Source: a virus | Taxonomy: Duplodnaviria > Heunggongvirae > Uroviricota > Caudoviricetes | IMG/VR virus record: IMGVR_UViG_3300031999_007842 | Span: 117,708 to 156,062 of that record | Reading direction: 5' to 3' (one strand) | DNA length: 38,355 nucleotides | Shown here: positions 15,950 through 24,313 of the stretch, in pieces | Numbering within the stretch: the first letter of the stretch is position 1 | How the letters are laid out: each line of letters begins with the position of its first letter | Notes under the pieces: model-generated | Told to the model about the DNA's origin: nothing | What the model saw: the letters and a program-made list of their open reading frames with translations, nothing else | Database searches by the model: none | Made by a program: the position numbers and the translations under genes

Positions 15950-16212
15950 TGGATTCAAGGACTACCTGGAAGCAAATCTTAGGCTGGAAAAAAGGAGATC
16001 TCGTTAAGGTCTGGTGTGGGATAGGATATATTGCAGATTATGGATTCTATCTTGAGAATGACAAGCAAGGAACAGATTATCTAGTTCGTTTCTTAATTCC
16101 CAGTTATTGTAGTAAAGTCTTCAAACCCAATGAGATGAGAGATTTGACTCCTTGGGAAAGAAGGATAGGAAAAGAACAGGCGAGGAAGTTTGGACTTAAA
16201 GGAATATGTTAA
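15949..16212 (+). CDS. Hypothetical protein, possible SH3/KOW-like barrel
   Basis: KKGDLVKVW..IG.I...Y.VRF pattern. Confidence 0.55.
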   Translation: MDSRTTWKQILGWKKGDLVKVWCGIGYIADYGFYLENDKQGTDYLVRFLIPSYCSKVFKPNEMRDLTPWERRIGKEQARKFGLKGIC

Positions 16213-16486
16213 GAAGTGTGGTGAATCAGCCAATCGGAAAGGCTGGTTTATAGTCTGGGAAGATTTACCAGAATATTTAATGGCTACTATTCACGAATTA
16301 ACTGATGGCTTTGATAGAGGCTGGCGGGATGATCTCCATGACAAGATGGAAGAGGAAATAGGGGATTGCCTCGTCAGACTTTTTCACATATGCCATGATT
16401 TGGATGTAGACATAGAAACGATACTCCAGAGACTTATGGAGGAAAATGAGAAAAGACCTCATAAGCATGGCAGGAAGAGAATGTAG
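16190..16486 (+). CDS. MazG-like NTP pyrophosphohydrolase (short viral type)
   Basis: IHELTD...MEEEIGDCLVRLFHIC..LDVDIE.IL..LMEENEKRPHKHG. Confidence 0.8.
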   Translation: MDLKEYVKKCGESANRKGWFIVWEDLPEYLMATIHELTDGFDRGWRDDLHDKMEEEIGDCLVRLFHICHDLDVDIETILQRLMEENEKRPHKHGRKRM

Positions 16487-16509
16487 ACAGATCGGATGGA
16501 CAAATAAAG

Positions 16510-18555
16510 ATGAAGGTTGTTAAGAGAGACGGGAAGGAGGCACACTTCGACCCTCTTAAGATAAGGCAAGCAATCGCAAAAGCTGCTGAATCTGTGGGTG
16601 TTTCTGATCGAAAGAAACTGAAAGAACTTACTGATAAAGTACTAGCTAAACTAGACAAGGAAACAATACAGGTAGAAGAGATTCAAAACAAGATTGAGGA
16701 GACTCTTGTAACTCTGGGAGAGTATAAGATGGCGAAAGCCTTCATACTCTACAGGCAAAAGAGAAAAGAGGCAAGGAGACTAGCTGCTTCATTAGGAGTG
16801 AAGGATGACCTTAAATTACAGACTTCCTCATTGGTCGTGCTAGCTAAACGCTATCTATTGAAAGATGAGAAAGGCAAGGTCAAGGAATCTCCTTTGAAGC
16901 TCTACAGGAGAGTGGCGAAAGCCATTGCCAGTGTTGATGAGCGATACAGAGTTACTCCCAAGGCGTGTAAGCTCCTGTCAAGGGAATTCTTTGACCTAAT
17001 GGTCAATGGTTACTTCTTGCCTAACTCCCCTACATTAATGAATGCAGGTGCGCCGCTTGGGCAACTCTCAGCCTGCTTCGTTTTACCTATAGAAGATTCG
17101 ATAGACAGTATCTTCCAGACTCTACATGCTACAGCAAAGATACACCAGACTGGAGGAGGTACTGGTTTCAACTTCTCTAACTTGAGACCTTCAGGAGACG
17201 TAGTAAAGACAACTGGAGGAGTGGCTTCTGGTCCTGTTTCATTTATGAGAGTGTACGATTCAGCTACCCAAGAGATTAAGCAAGGAGGGAAACGGAGAGG
17301 AGCCAATATGGGTATCTTGAATGTTACTCATCCCAATATTCTAGACTTCATAACTGCTAAGTCAAGAGGTGGTTTAGAGAACTTCAATATCTCTGTGGCT
17401 GTAACTGATAAGTTCATGCATGCAGTCCAGAAAGGTGATCTAATATCTTTATTAAATCCTCGTGGGGGAGAAGTAGTTCAGAATGTCCCTGCACGAGCAA
17501 TATGGGACTTGATCACTGCTGAAGCTTGGAAGTCAGGAGATCCTGGTCTGATATTCCTAGATACTACTAATAGATCTTATTCGAATGTCATACCCAAACT
17601 TGGCCCGATAGGCGCTACTAATCCATGTGGAGAAGTTCCACTTTACTACTTTGAATCCTGTAATTTAGGATCTCTTAATCTATCTAAGTTCGTGAAGATG
17701 AATGGTAAGAAAAAGCCTGAAGTAGACTGGGGAGCTTTCGAGAAAGCAATAAAGATGGCAGTACATTTCCTTGATAACGTGATAGATGCTAACAAGTATC
17801 CCATACCAGAGATAGAGCAAGTCTCCAAGAGAACTAGAAGGATAGGCCTCGGAGTAATGGGCTGGGCTGATTTACTACTGATATTGAATCTCCCATATGA
17901 TTCAAAGGAAGCACTAGATCTTGCAAAGACTATCATGAAGTTCCTAACTGAGAAAGCTAGAGAAGCTTCTATAAAACTAGGTGAGGAACGAGGAGACTTT
18001 CCTGACTTCAAGGATTCTATCTGGCCTAAGAAAGGATTTACACACATGAGAAATGCAACAGTCTCTTGTATAGCTCCAACAGGAAGCATTAGTATCCTAG
18101 CTGGATGCTCATCAGGGATTGAACCACTTTTCTCGATAGTAACAGTAAGGAACCTGGAAGAGTCTTTGGGAACGAAACTGATTGATATTAATTCCTACTT
18201 TGAGAATAGAGCCATTAAAGATGGATTCTATTCAGAGGAACTTATAGACAAGGTCTCCAGGGCATACTCATTGAAAGAAATTAAGGAGATACCAGAAGAC
18301 GTGAGAAGAGTCTTTGTAACTGCACAGGATATTGCTCCTGATTGGCATGTACAGATGCAAGCAGCATTTCAAACATACACGGATAATGCAGTATCAAAGA
18401 CAGTTAATCTACCCAATATAGCTACTCCACATGATGTAGAACAGATATATCTCCTAGCGTGGAAGTTAGGTTGTAAGGGGATCACAGTCTTTAGAGATGG
18501 ATCTAAGGATAGACAGGTGTTTACTACCTGTAGGGAATGTGAAGTTGATTCATAA
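16510..18555 (+). CDS. nrdJ: Class II (adenosylcobalamin-dependent) ribonucleoside-diphosphate reductase with N-terminal ATP cone
   Basis: ATP cone MKVVKRDGKEAHFDPLKI; PNSPTLMNAG, LSACFV, TNPCGEVPL, CNLGSLNL, RRIGLGVMG, IAPTGSIS; C-terminal CREC; no small subunit nearby; no intein. Confidence 0.93.
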   Translation: MKVVKRDGKEAHFDPLKIRQAIAKAAESVGVSDRKKLKELTDKVLAKLDKETIQVEEIQNKIEETLVTLGEYKMAKAFILYRQKRKEARRLAASLGVKDDLKLQTSSLVVLAKRYLLKDEKGKVKESPLKLYRRVAKAIASVDERYRVTPKACKLLSREFFDLMVNGYFLPNSPTLMNAGAPLGQLSACFVLPIEDSIDSIFQTLHATAKIHQTGGGTGFNFSNLRPSGDVVKTTGGVASGPVSFMRVYDSATQEIKQGGKRRGANMGILNVTHPNILDFITAKSRGGLENFNISVAVTDKFMHAVQKGDLISLLNPRGGEVVQNVPARAIWDLITAEAWKSGDPGLIFLDTTNRSYSNVIPKLGPIGATNPCGEVPLYYFESCNLGSLNLSKFVKMNGKKKPEVDWGAFEKAIKMAVHFLDNVIDANKYPIPEIEQVSKRTRRIGLGVMGWADLLLILNLPYDSKEALDLAKTIMKFLTEKAREASIKLGEERGDFPDFKDSIWPKKGFTHMRNATVSCIAPTGSISILAGCSSGIEPLFSIVTVRNLEESLGTKLIDINSYFENRAIKDGFYSEELIDKVSRAYSLKEIKEIPEDVRRVFVTAQDIAPDWHVQMQAAFQTYTDNAVSKTVNLPNIATPHDVEQIYLLAWKLGCKGITVFRDGSKDRQVFTTCRECEVDS

Positions 18556-18737
18556 TGCAGAAACCACTATGTAGTGTTTGTTTGAAGGAAGTAAATATAG
18601 ATGAGTTCCTCGAGTGGGGAGGATACTGCAAAGAATGTTCGACAGAGATAGACAAAATCATGAAGAAGGAAGGTCTTGATGGTGTCACAGGATTTTGGAA
18701 AAGAAAACGAGAAGAAGCAGCCAAGAAACCCCAATGA
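18555..18737 (+). CDS. Small Zn-finger protein
   Basis: CSVC...YCKEC; TAATG coupling to nrdJ. Confidence 0.65.
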   Translation: MQKPLCSVCLKEVNIDEFLEWGGYCKECSTEIDKIMKKEGLDGVTGFWKRKREEAAKKPQ

Positions 18738-18909
18738 AACTGAAGACTTTGCTTGCTTCGGTGAGTATGGCTCTCGCTGGAATTGTGAGACCTGCAGAAA
18801 TGCTGGCACATGCAAGAACTTCTCAAGAGCGAAGCAGAAATCTATATATCTTAAGGCCAAGATGAAGTATCATGGGAAAGGAAAGTGGAGAAGGAAGGAC
18901 TTATACTAA
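18676..18909 (+). CDS. Small four-Cys metal-binding protein
   Basis: CFGEY-x5-CETC-x5-C; start uncertain. Confidence 0.5.
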   Translation: MMVSQDFGKENEKKQPRNPNETEDFACFGEYGSRWNCETCRNAGTCKNFSRAKQKSIYLKAKMKYHGKGKWRRKDLY

Positions 18910-19259
18910 TGTCAGGCCAGATTAGTAAGGAAGCAATTGATGTTCTTGCCAAGTTAGTACGTTACAAGATGATCCATTGGGAATGGGATAAGATCATCGA
19001 TGGCCGAGAAAAAGAAGTGTGGAATAATCAACAGGTCTTTGAAGCTCTCTCTGCCGCTATTAATTACAAATATGAAGAGAAGAGTCAGGTCGAATACTTT
19101 TATGTGATAACTATGGGCGGCATGAAGTTTGTGATTATCAAGGACATGTTAAATGCCAAGATCAAAGTCTATAATCCTCTTAAAGAAGGTTGTGACTTGA
19201 GAACTGAGAAACCCTTCCTAGAATTTACTGAAGAGATGCTAGAAGATTTAGGAAAGTGA
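18909..19259 (+). CDS. Hypothetical protein
   Basis: TAATG-coupled ATG at 18909 within the track ORF 18885-19259. Confidence 0.6.
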   Translation: MSGQISKEAIDVLAKLVRYKMIHWEWDKIIDGREKEVWNNQQVFEALSAAINYKYEEKSQVEYFYVITMGGMKFVIIKDMLNAKIKVYNPLKEGCDLRTEKPFLEFTEEMLEDLGK

Positions 19260-19263
19260 TTGG

Positions 19264-20256
19264 ATGGAGACTTTAAGCAGAAAGGATATTGAAGAACTAA
19301 GAAAGAAAGTAGAACCTATCAAGAAGCTAGCTTTACATGATGATGCAGATGGTGTCTCTTCGGCAGTACTATTATCATATGTATTCAAGATCCTTAGAGT
19401 ATGGGCGCCTGAAGACTTTGGTGAATGGCCAATCAAGTCATATCTAAAGGACGGGAAGGAAGAGATCCCTCCAGATGCCTGTGTAGATATGGTCCCTCAA
19501 GATCCTAATTGGCAAGGTCTAGCAATAGATCATCACCCAGGTCATCCACCAGAAGACAAGAGAGCATACCAACTTATTCATGGTGATGCACCAACAGCAA
19601 TAGTAGTCTACTCATTATTCAAAGAAGTCATACCTAAAGAACAGAGATGGAAAGTGGTAGTAGGAGCAGTTGGAGATGGGCAACCAGAACTTATACCACC
19701 AGAAATCTGGCGAGAGTTCCCAGTGCTGTTAGAAGAAACTGTGACATCCTGGGAGAAATATGGCAAGATAGAAACAAATAACTTTCCTGTGTATTTAAGG
19801 TTGAGTTCAGGTATTAATGCTGCATGTAAGTTGCCAGAGAAGTGGTACATAGCATATTCAACCTTACGTAATGCAAAGTCACCCTGGGATCTGTTAAAAG
19901 ATTCCTCTCTCAAGTCCGCGAAAGAGATCATGGCAGATGAGAAAAGTAAGGTATATAGGGAATCAACTCCCATACAACTAAGAAATGGAATCCGCGTGTG
20001 GGGTTTCAACTCAGAAACTAAGATAGAAAGAACTGTAGCATGGGAGATATGGGAGAAAGATAAGAGAACTGTTGTAGCAGTAAATATGTCTACAGGAAGA
20101 GGTAGTATTCGCGGAACTTTAGCTACTTTGGTCTATGAACATCTTTCTCAACATGGCTTCAGAGCATCAGGACATCCTGGCTTCGGAGGAATTAGGCTAA
20201 AACCTAATCAAACTTTTGATGAAGTCTATCAATGCCTGGCGGGCCTGAAGTTTTAA
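19264..20256 (+). CDS. DHH/DHHA1 phosphoesterase (RecJ/GAN/Cdc45-like nuclease)
   Basis: HDDADG, CVDM, IDHH, GAVGDG, GSIRG, SGHPGFGG. Confidence 0.88.
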   Translation: METLSRKDIEELRKKVEPIKKLALHDDADGVSSAVLLSYVFKILRVWAPEDFGEWPIKSYLKDGKEEIPPDACVDMVPQDPNWQGLAIDHHPGHPPEDKRAYQLIHGDAPTAIVVYSLFKEVIPKEQRWKVVVGAVGDGQPELIPPEIWREFPVLLEETVTSWEKYGKIETNNFPVYLRLSSGINAACKLPEKWYIAYSTLRNAKSPWDLLKDSSLKSAKEIMADEKSKVYRESTPIQLRNGIRVWGFNSETKIERTVAWEIWEKDKRTVVAVNMSTGRGSIRGTLATLVYEHLSQHGFRASGHPGFGGIRLKPNQTFDEVYQCLAGLKF

Positions 20257-20260
20257 GGGT

Positions 20261-20287
20261 GATTGTCTTGAAAGATCCAAGGCAATC
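20261..20287. repeat. Imperfect inverted repeat GATTGTCTTG-N7-CAAGGCAATC
   Basis: 10-bp stem with one G-T mismatch and a 7-nt spacer, directly abutting a TATA-like box in an intergenic gap. Confidence 0.7.
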
Positions 20288-20304
20288 CTTATATAGCCAG
20301 GCAA
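20288..20304 (+). promoter_or_regulatory. Putative archaeal promoter: CTTATATAG followed by CCAGGCAA
   Basis: TATA-like element in the intergenic region upstream of the SSB-like gene; matches 8356-8373. Confidence 0.55.
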
Positions 20305-20337
20305 ACTAAGTAATAAGAAATGGAGGTAGAAGGAAAG

Positions 20338-21450
20338 ATGGACAAGAAAATAGAGGACGTGTTACTGAAGACCTACGCTAAGTCAACAGGCAAAACAGTG
20401 GCTGACTTAAAGCCATTGCTTGAGAAGGCCAAGGAAGAAGCAAAGGACATGGGCTTTCCAGACTCTGAGAATATTATCAAAGGGCGGTTCCGAAGAAAGG
20501 TGAATGGAATGCTCTTTGCTGAGAGGACCGGGAAACCAACCACAAGGAAAGAACCAGTTACCTTTAAGGGATTCTTGCTAGGCGCAGATTCTATAAGAGA
20601 CATCAAAGAGTCTATGCGAAGAAAGGCTCTCAGACGCTTTGATGAAGAAGGAGATACAGCAAAACTAGAGGGCTACATTGATGATGCGGGTACCCCACTG
20701 GATTGGAGACCAACAGCAAGAAACCGTAGAGGAGAAGAGGTAGATAATCCAGATTACCACAAGCCAATACTGGGCAACAGATATGTCAGGGATATCTTTG
20801 GTATAGTAGTGAAAGATGGTGTCAAGACTCCTAAGCTATTCCAGATGTCACTCTGGGAAGGCTTTGCGAGTAAGTTCACTTATAGGCCTTTCACACCCAT
20901 AGAATTCAGAAGCACAGTCAAATCAGAAGGTCACTTCTATATCTTGAACGCTCCAAGAGTTCCGAAAGGAGAAAAAGCCTTCAAGTCTATCACAATGGAA
21001 ATAGACTATGAGGTATGGATCCGAGAAGCTCTTGAAGCAAGAAAGTATGGTCTTGATCAACTTGAGAAAGCTGTCAGTGATACAAAGAATGCAAAGGATC
21101 CCTGGATAATGGTCGAAGCTGTTGTTGACTACATAGACTCAGAAGTCAATCCCAAGACGGGCTCAAGAAGTATTACTCTAGCTGATGTAGACTCAGGTAT
21201 GACAGACACCTTTAGAGTGTTTATACCTAAGGACTTCCCATTAGCATTCAGAGAGTACTCGAAGGTGCTTGTCTTCGGTAGGCCAAGAGCCTGGAGACGA
21301 GATGAAGACACAGAGGATCGTTACTCCTTGAATGGAATATCAATATTCCCAATACCAGGAGAGACGATTGAAGCGAAGGTTGAAGTTGGGCGTCCAGCAG
21401 AAGGAGAGACAGAAGGAGCAGACGAAGGCTGGAATCTCTGGGAAGACTAG
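20338..21450 (+). CDS. Putative RPA/OB-fold single-stranded DNA-binding protein
   Basis: N-terminal helical segment; G-x-PLD-x-R...NP-x-Y-x-KP motif recalled from archaeal-virus RPA-like proteins; beta-rich repeats; acidic aromatic tail EGETEGADEGWNLWED; directly upstream of the recombinase. Alternative start at 20320. Confidence 0.55.
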   Translation: MDKKIEDVLLKTYAKSTGKTVADLKPLLEKAKEEAKDMGFPDSENIIKGRFRRKVNGMLFAERTGKPTTRKEPVTFKGFLLGADSIRDIKESMRRKALRRFDEEGDTAKLEGYIDDAGTPLDWRPTARNRRGEEVDNPDYHKPILGNRYVRDIFGIVVKDGVKTPKLFQMSLWEGFASKFTYRPFTPIEFRSTVKSEGHFYILNAPRVPKGEKAFKSITMEIDYEVWIREALEARKYGLDQLEKAVSDTKNAKDPWIMVEAVVDYIDSEVNPKTGSRSITLADVDSGMTDTFRVFIPKDFPLAFREYSKVLVFGRPRAWRRDEDTEDRYSLNGISIFPIPGETIEAKVEVGRPAEGETEGADEGWNLWED

Positions 21451-21463
21451 CCTTCCTTTTTCT
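21451..21463 (+). terminator. Pyrimidine/T tract, possible archaeal terminator
   Basis: CCTTCCTTTTTCT immediately after the stop codon, in an otherwise purine-rich strand. Confidence 0.3.
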
Positions 21464-21480
21464 ATACAAGGTGAACTGAA

Positions 21481-22434
21481 ATGGGAACAATATCAACAGG
21501 AAGCAAATCAATTGACGAAGTAATGGCCGGAGGACTAAAGACACAGGTAACTAGCTTACTCTTTGGGATTCCAAACTTAGGGAAAACATGGCTATGCTAT
21601 CAAATAGCATGCATGTGCACCAGACCTGTGAAGGTCGGTGGACTTGGGAAGAAAGCTGCCTACCTAGATACTGAAGGCTTCTTTTTCACTGAAGATACAA
21701 TAGAAAGATTTGCAACTTATTTCAAGCAAAGATGGCCTGACTGTGACCCTAAGAAAGTTGAGCTCATACAGATCGCTGATATTTTCGAACTAGGAGAGCA
21801 GTTCGCAATGCAGGTCGACATCAAGCAAGAAGAAAACAGAGTCTCAGTGATCACTAAATACCCGACCTCAATACAGAAGAAGTTAGCTACTGGCAAAGGT
21901 AAGAATAAGGTCGATACAACAACTAACAAAGATAAGGACTGGCTAGAGAAGTCCCCATTATTCCAGAAGCTCAAGACAGGTGATTATGGTCTAGTAATCA
22001 TAGATTCAATAACAATACCAATCAAGTCAGAAATGCCCTCGGCAACACAGAATTTCCCTGCAAGAACAAGTTTGGTCTCAGCGATCCTGGGAGCTTGTTA
22101 TCCAATGGCGAGAAGAGCAGATGTAGCAATACTGATCACAGATCACATCACAAGCAACCCAATGTCTCCTGGATATATCTTTGGGACAGGAGATCCCTGG
22201 GGCGGAAGGAATATTCTGTACTACATCAAACACATCTTTGGTCTTTACAAGCCACTGAAAGATCAGGTAATAGCCAATGCACCAGATGGACAAAGAGTGA
22301 GAAGATTCCAGAGATATCGTTATCCTGGTCTAGACACAACAGTTACTGCTGTCAAACTAGAAAAGGATAAGGGCTATGCAGATCTTCCAAATCAAGGAAC
22401 TGCCAAATCGGCAACCGGAGAGGAGGAAGCATAG
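21481..22434 (+). CDS. RecA-superfamily recombinase, RadA/RadB-like, lacking the N-terminal HhH domain
   Basis: ISTGSKSIDEVMAGGL, Walker A GIPNLGKT, YLDTEG, Walker B LVIIDS, ITDHIT; carries an insertion of roughly 45 aa before Walker B. Confidence 0.9.
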   Translation: MGTISTGSKSIDEVMAGGLKTQVTSLLFGIPNLGKTWLCYQIACMCTRPVKVGGLGKKAAYLDTEGFFFTEDTIERFATYFKQRWPDCDPKKVELIQIADIFELGEQFAMQVDIKQEENRVSVITKYPTSIQKKLATGKGKNKVDTTTNKDKDWLEKSPLFQKLKTGDYGLVIIDSITIPIKSEMPSATQNFPARTSLVSAILGACYPMARRADVAILITDHITSNPMSPGYIFGTGDPWGGRNILYYIKHIFGLYKPLKDQVIANAPDGQRVRRFQRYRYPGLDTTVTAVKLEKDKGYADLPNQGTAKSATGEEEA

Positions 22435-22435
22435 C

Positions 22436-22606
22436 GTGGCAAAGCGTGTAGAAGAGAGGGAACAACCTCAAACCTACTACTGCATCTGGTATGATGACAA
22501 GACTGTTTGCAAGATACGGACCCAATACAAACTGAAGCCAGAATCACTTATTCTCTTCTGTCGAAACTGTGCTGAACTTCCTCTCAATAAAACAAAGAAC
22601 AAATAA
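22436..22606 (+). CDS. Small Cys-containing protein
   Basis: GTG start with GGAGG at 22422-22426; C-x8-C...CRNC. Confidence 0.55.
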   Translation: MAKRVEEREQPQTYYCIWYDDKTVCKIRTQYKLKPESLILFCRNCAELPLNKTKNK

Positions 22607-22610
22607 ACAA

Positions 22611-22627
22611 TCCCCCTTTTCTTTTTT
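22611..22627 (+). terminator. T-rich tract, possible archaeal terminator (may overlap a TTTTAAA promoter for the next gene)
   Basis: TCCCCCTTTTCTTTTTT just after a stop codon, in an intergenic gap. Confidence 0.4.
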
Positions 22628-22646
22628 AAATCAAGAGGAAACAAGT

Positions 22647-23474
22647 ATGAGTCAAGTAAGATTGGATCAAAGTCTCTTCCCCGAAAAGAAGAAGGTTAAT
22701 GGTAATAATGGAGCTATATCTGTGACTCCAAGCAAGAACGGTAATGGAGTTAAGACAAATATAGGAGCAAATGATCAAGGACTTAGCAAGTTATATGTAG
22801 ACGTACACGAACCGGAAGAGATCGTAGAGATGTTAAGGAAGGAGAAAGGAATCTACGTAGAAGTGAAAGCTCTTCCAGCAGCAGATTATGCATTTTCAAC
22901 TGTAGGGATAGAACGTAAGACCCTACATGATTTCTATAATTCAATAGTACATGGTGATAAGCACATATGGAAACAGGTTTTTAACTTAAAACATTCTTTC
23001 GAGAAACCTATGTTAATAATAGAGAGATGGGATGATGCGTTTCTATCTTCACCTGCAATGGAACGTACAATCAGGGGAGCAATAGCAAGTATATTCCTGA
23101 TGGGTATTTCAGTCCTAGTTATTCCAGGGAAAGGTCAGAATGCTCAACCTTTCGTGGACCAGATAGCCTATCTATTCTATTCCTCAGATAAGAAAGCTCT
23201 CTCAATGAGGCCAGTTCCAAAGAAAGGAAAGGAGAGACAAAGGAAAGAAGTAATTTCAGATATCTTATGTATGCTCCCTGGGATAGGAAGAAAGCAAGCT
23301 GATCTAATCAGGGATCATGTGAAGTCAATAGAAGAAATCTGCAAGATGCCTGATGAAGAACTTCGGAAGATATGTCCTCGTCTTGGCCCACAAAAACTAG
23401 GGATGCTTAGGTGGATATTAAATGGAAAGGATTGGGAGAAAACAGGAGAAGAGTCTAAGCGAGAGAAAGACTAG
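22647..23474 (+). CDS. ERCC4/XPF/Mus81-family structure-specific endonuclease with HhH
   Basis: YVDVHE, ADY, GIERKTLHDFYNSI, MLIIE, HhH MLPGIGRKQA; ATG at 22647 with GAGGA RBS. Confidence 0.93.
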   Translation: MSQVRLDQSLFPEKKKVNGNNGAISVTPSKNGNGVKTNIGANDQGLSKLYVDVHEPEEIVEMLRKEKGIYVEVKALPAADYAFSTVGIERKTLHDFYNSIVHGDKHIWKQVFNLKHSFEKPMLIIERWDDAFLSSPAMERTIRGAIASIFLMGISVLVIPGKGQNAQPFVDQIAYLFYSSDKKALSMRPVPKKGKERQRKEVISDILCMLPGIGRKQADLIRDHVKSIEEICKMPDEELRKICPRLGPQKLGMLRWILNGKDWEKTGEESKREKD

Positions 23475-23892
23475 CATTCCCTATGATAAGATAGACAAGG
23501 GAATTCTCAAAACAATTAGACTCTTGAATAAGCTTCCATTCTGTATTACTACATCTTGTTGTCAAGGACATCCAGAGAGTTTAAGCTCCAACGACTGGGT
23601 TGTTGATTCCTACATTACTTTAGAAGTTACTGATGAGGCTAAGTTCCTGGAAATGTTCCAAGAGATCTGCTTTGAATTCGAGAAAGTCACTGAGCATAGA
23701 CTAAACCTAAACAAGTCTTATTTCTTCAATATAAATGGAAACGTTGGCAGGGAATATCATTGGAGAGTTGCCTTCTGGTTTGGGTTTGAAAGCAAGGAAG
23801 TGTTAGAGAAAAACTTATTGAAATGTAGGAAATGCTTGGAACGTCTCTTACATGAATATCAGGAGAAGCAAAAGGATGTACTGGATAGGTGA
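23422..23892 (+). CDS. TYW3/Taw3-like domain protein
   Basis: IDKGILKTIRLLNKL...TTSCCQGH resembles the TYW3 N-terminus D-x2-I-x2-L-x3-N...T-x-SSC-x-G; function unproven. Confidence 0.45.
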   Translation: MERIGRKQEKSLSERKTSIPYDKIDKGILKTIRLLNKLPFCITTSCCQGHPESLSSNDWVVDSYITLEVTDEAKFLEMFQEICFEFEKVTEHRLNLNKSYFFNINGNVGREYHWRVAFWFGFESKEVLEKNLLKCRKCLERLLHEYQEKQKDVLDR

Positions 23893-24313
23893 TTCGAAAT
23901 GGAATTTCAAGCGACTCTGGATGAAGATACCAGGAGAAATCATCCAAGGCTTAAAAGATGACATTCCTCCCTGTTGTGTCTTCTGGTACACTTTAGCTAA
24001 ACTTATGGCAATGATCCCCACTGCTATCGTGAGAACACTTCTAAAAGAGAAATATGCTACTGGCTTCTCATTAGACTTCTATGTATTCTGTAGAATGTTT
24101 GGAGGTAAGCTCAAAGTAGTGAAAGGAGAAAGAAGATTTGAAGTCCCTGTCTTTTGGAAGCTTCAATATTTTAGATGCCCACTTTGTCGTTGGGCAGGAA
24201 TCGAACATAAGCTAAGATGGAATACTGGCGCCTATTGGGATTGGTGTGGACCATATAAGAAATATTATTGGAAAAAATACAGAGAGAGGAAAGATCTCAA
24301 TGCTACAAAATAA
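23876..24313 (+). CDS. Hypothetical protein with IPPCC and CPLC motifs
   Basis: Trp/Cys-rich; ATG at 23876 is in frame with the track ORF. Confidence 0.6.
   Translation: MYWIGDSKWNFKRLWMKIPGEIIQGLKDDIPPCCVFWYTLAKLMAMIPTAIVRTLLKEKYATGFSLDFYVFCRMFGGKLKVVKGERRFEVPVFWKLQYFRCPLCRWAGIEHKLRWNTGAYWDWCGPYKKYYWKKYRERKDLNATK

Noticed and set aside
13585-16486. Aminoadenine (Z-genome) cluster suggested by the HD plus MazG-like genes
   Set aside because: No PurZ/PurA-like synthetase in the window and the polymerase is family B. Kept only as the general nucleotide-remodelling hypothesis.
18734-18865. Alternative ATGA-coupled 43-aa ORF MKLKTLLASVSMALAG..., which looks like a signal peptide
   Set aside because: It overlaps the four-Cys ORF (18676-18909), whose motif spacing is more convincing and which couples to the next gene by TAATG. 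Not excluded, but unsupported.
22095-22370. Alternative-frame + strand ORF (91 aa) inside the recombinase gene
   Set aside because: Fully nested in the conserved RecA-fold coding region, low-complexity Ser/Arg composition, no RBS.
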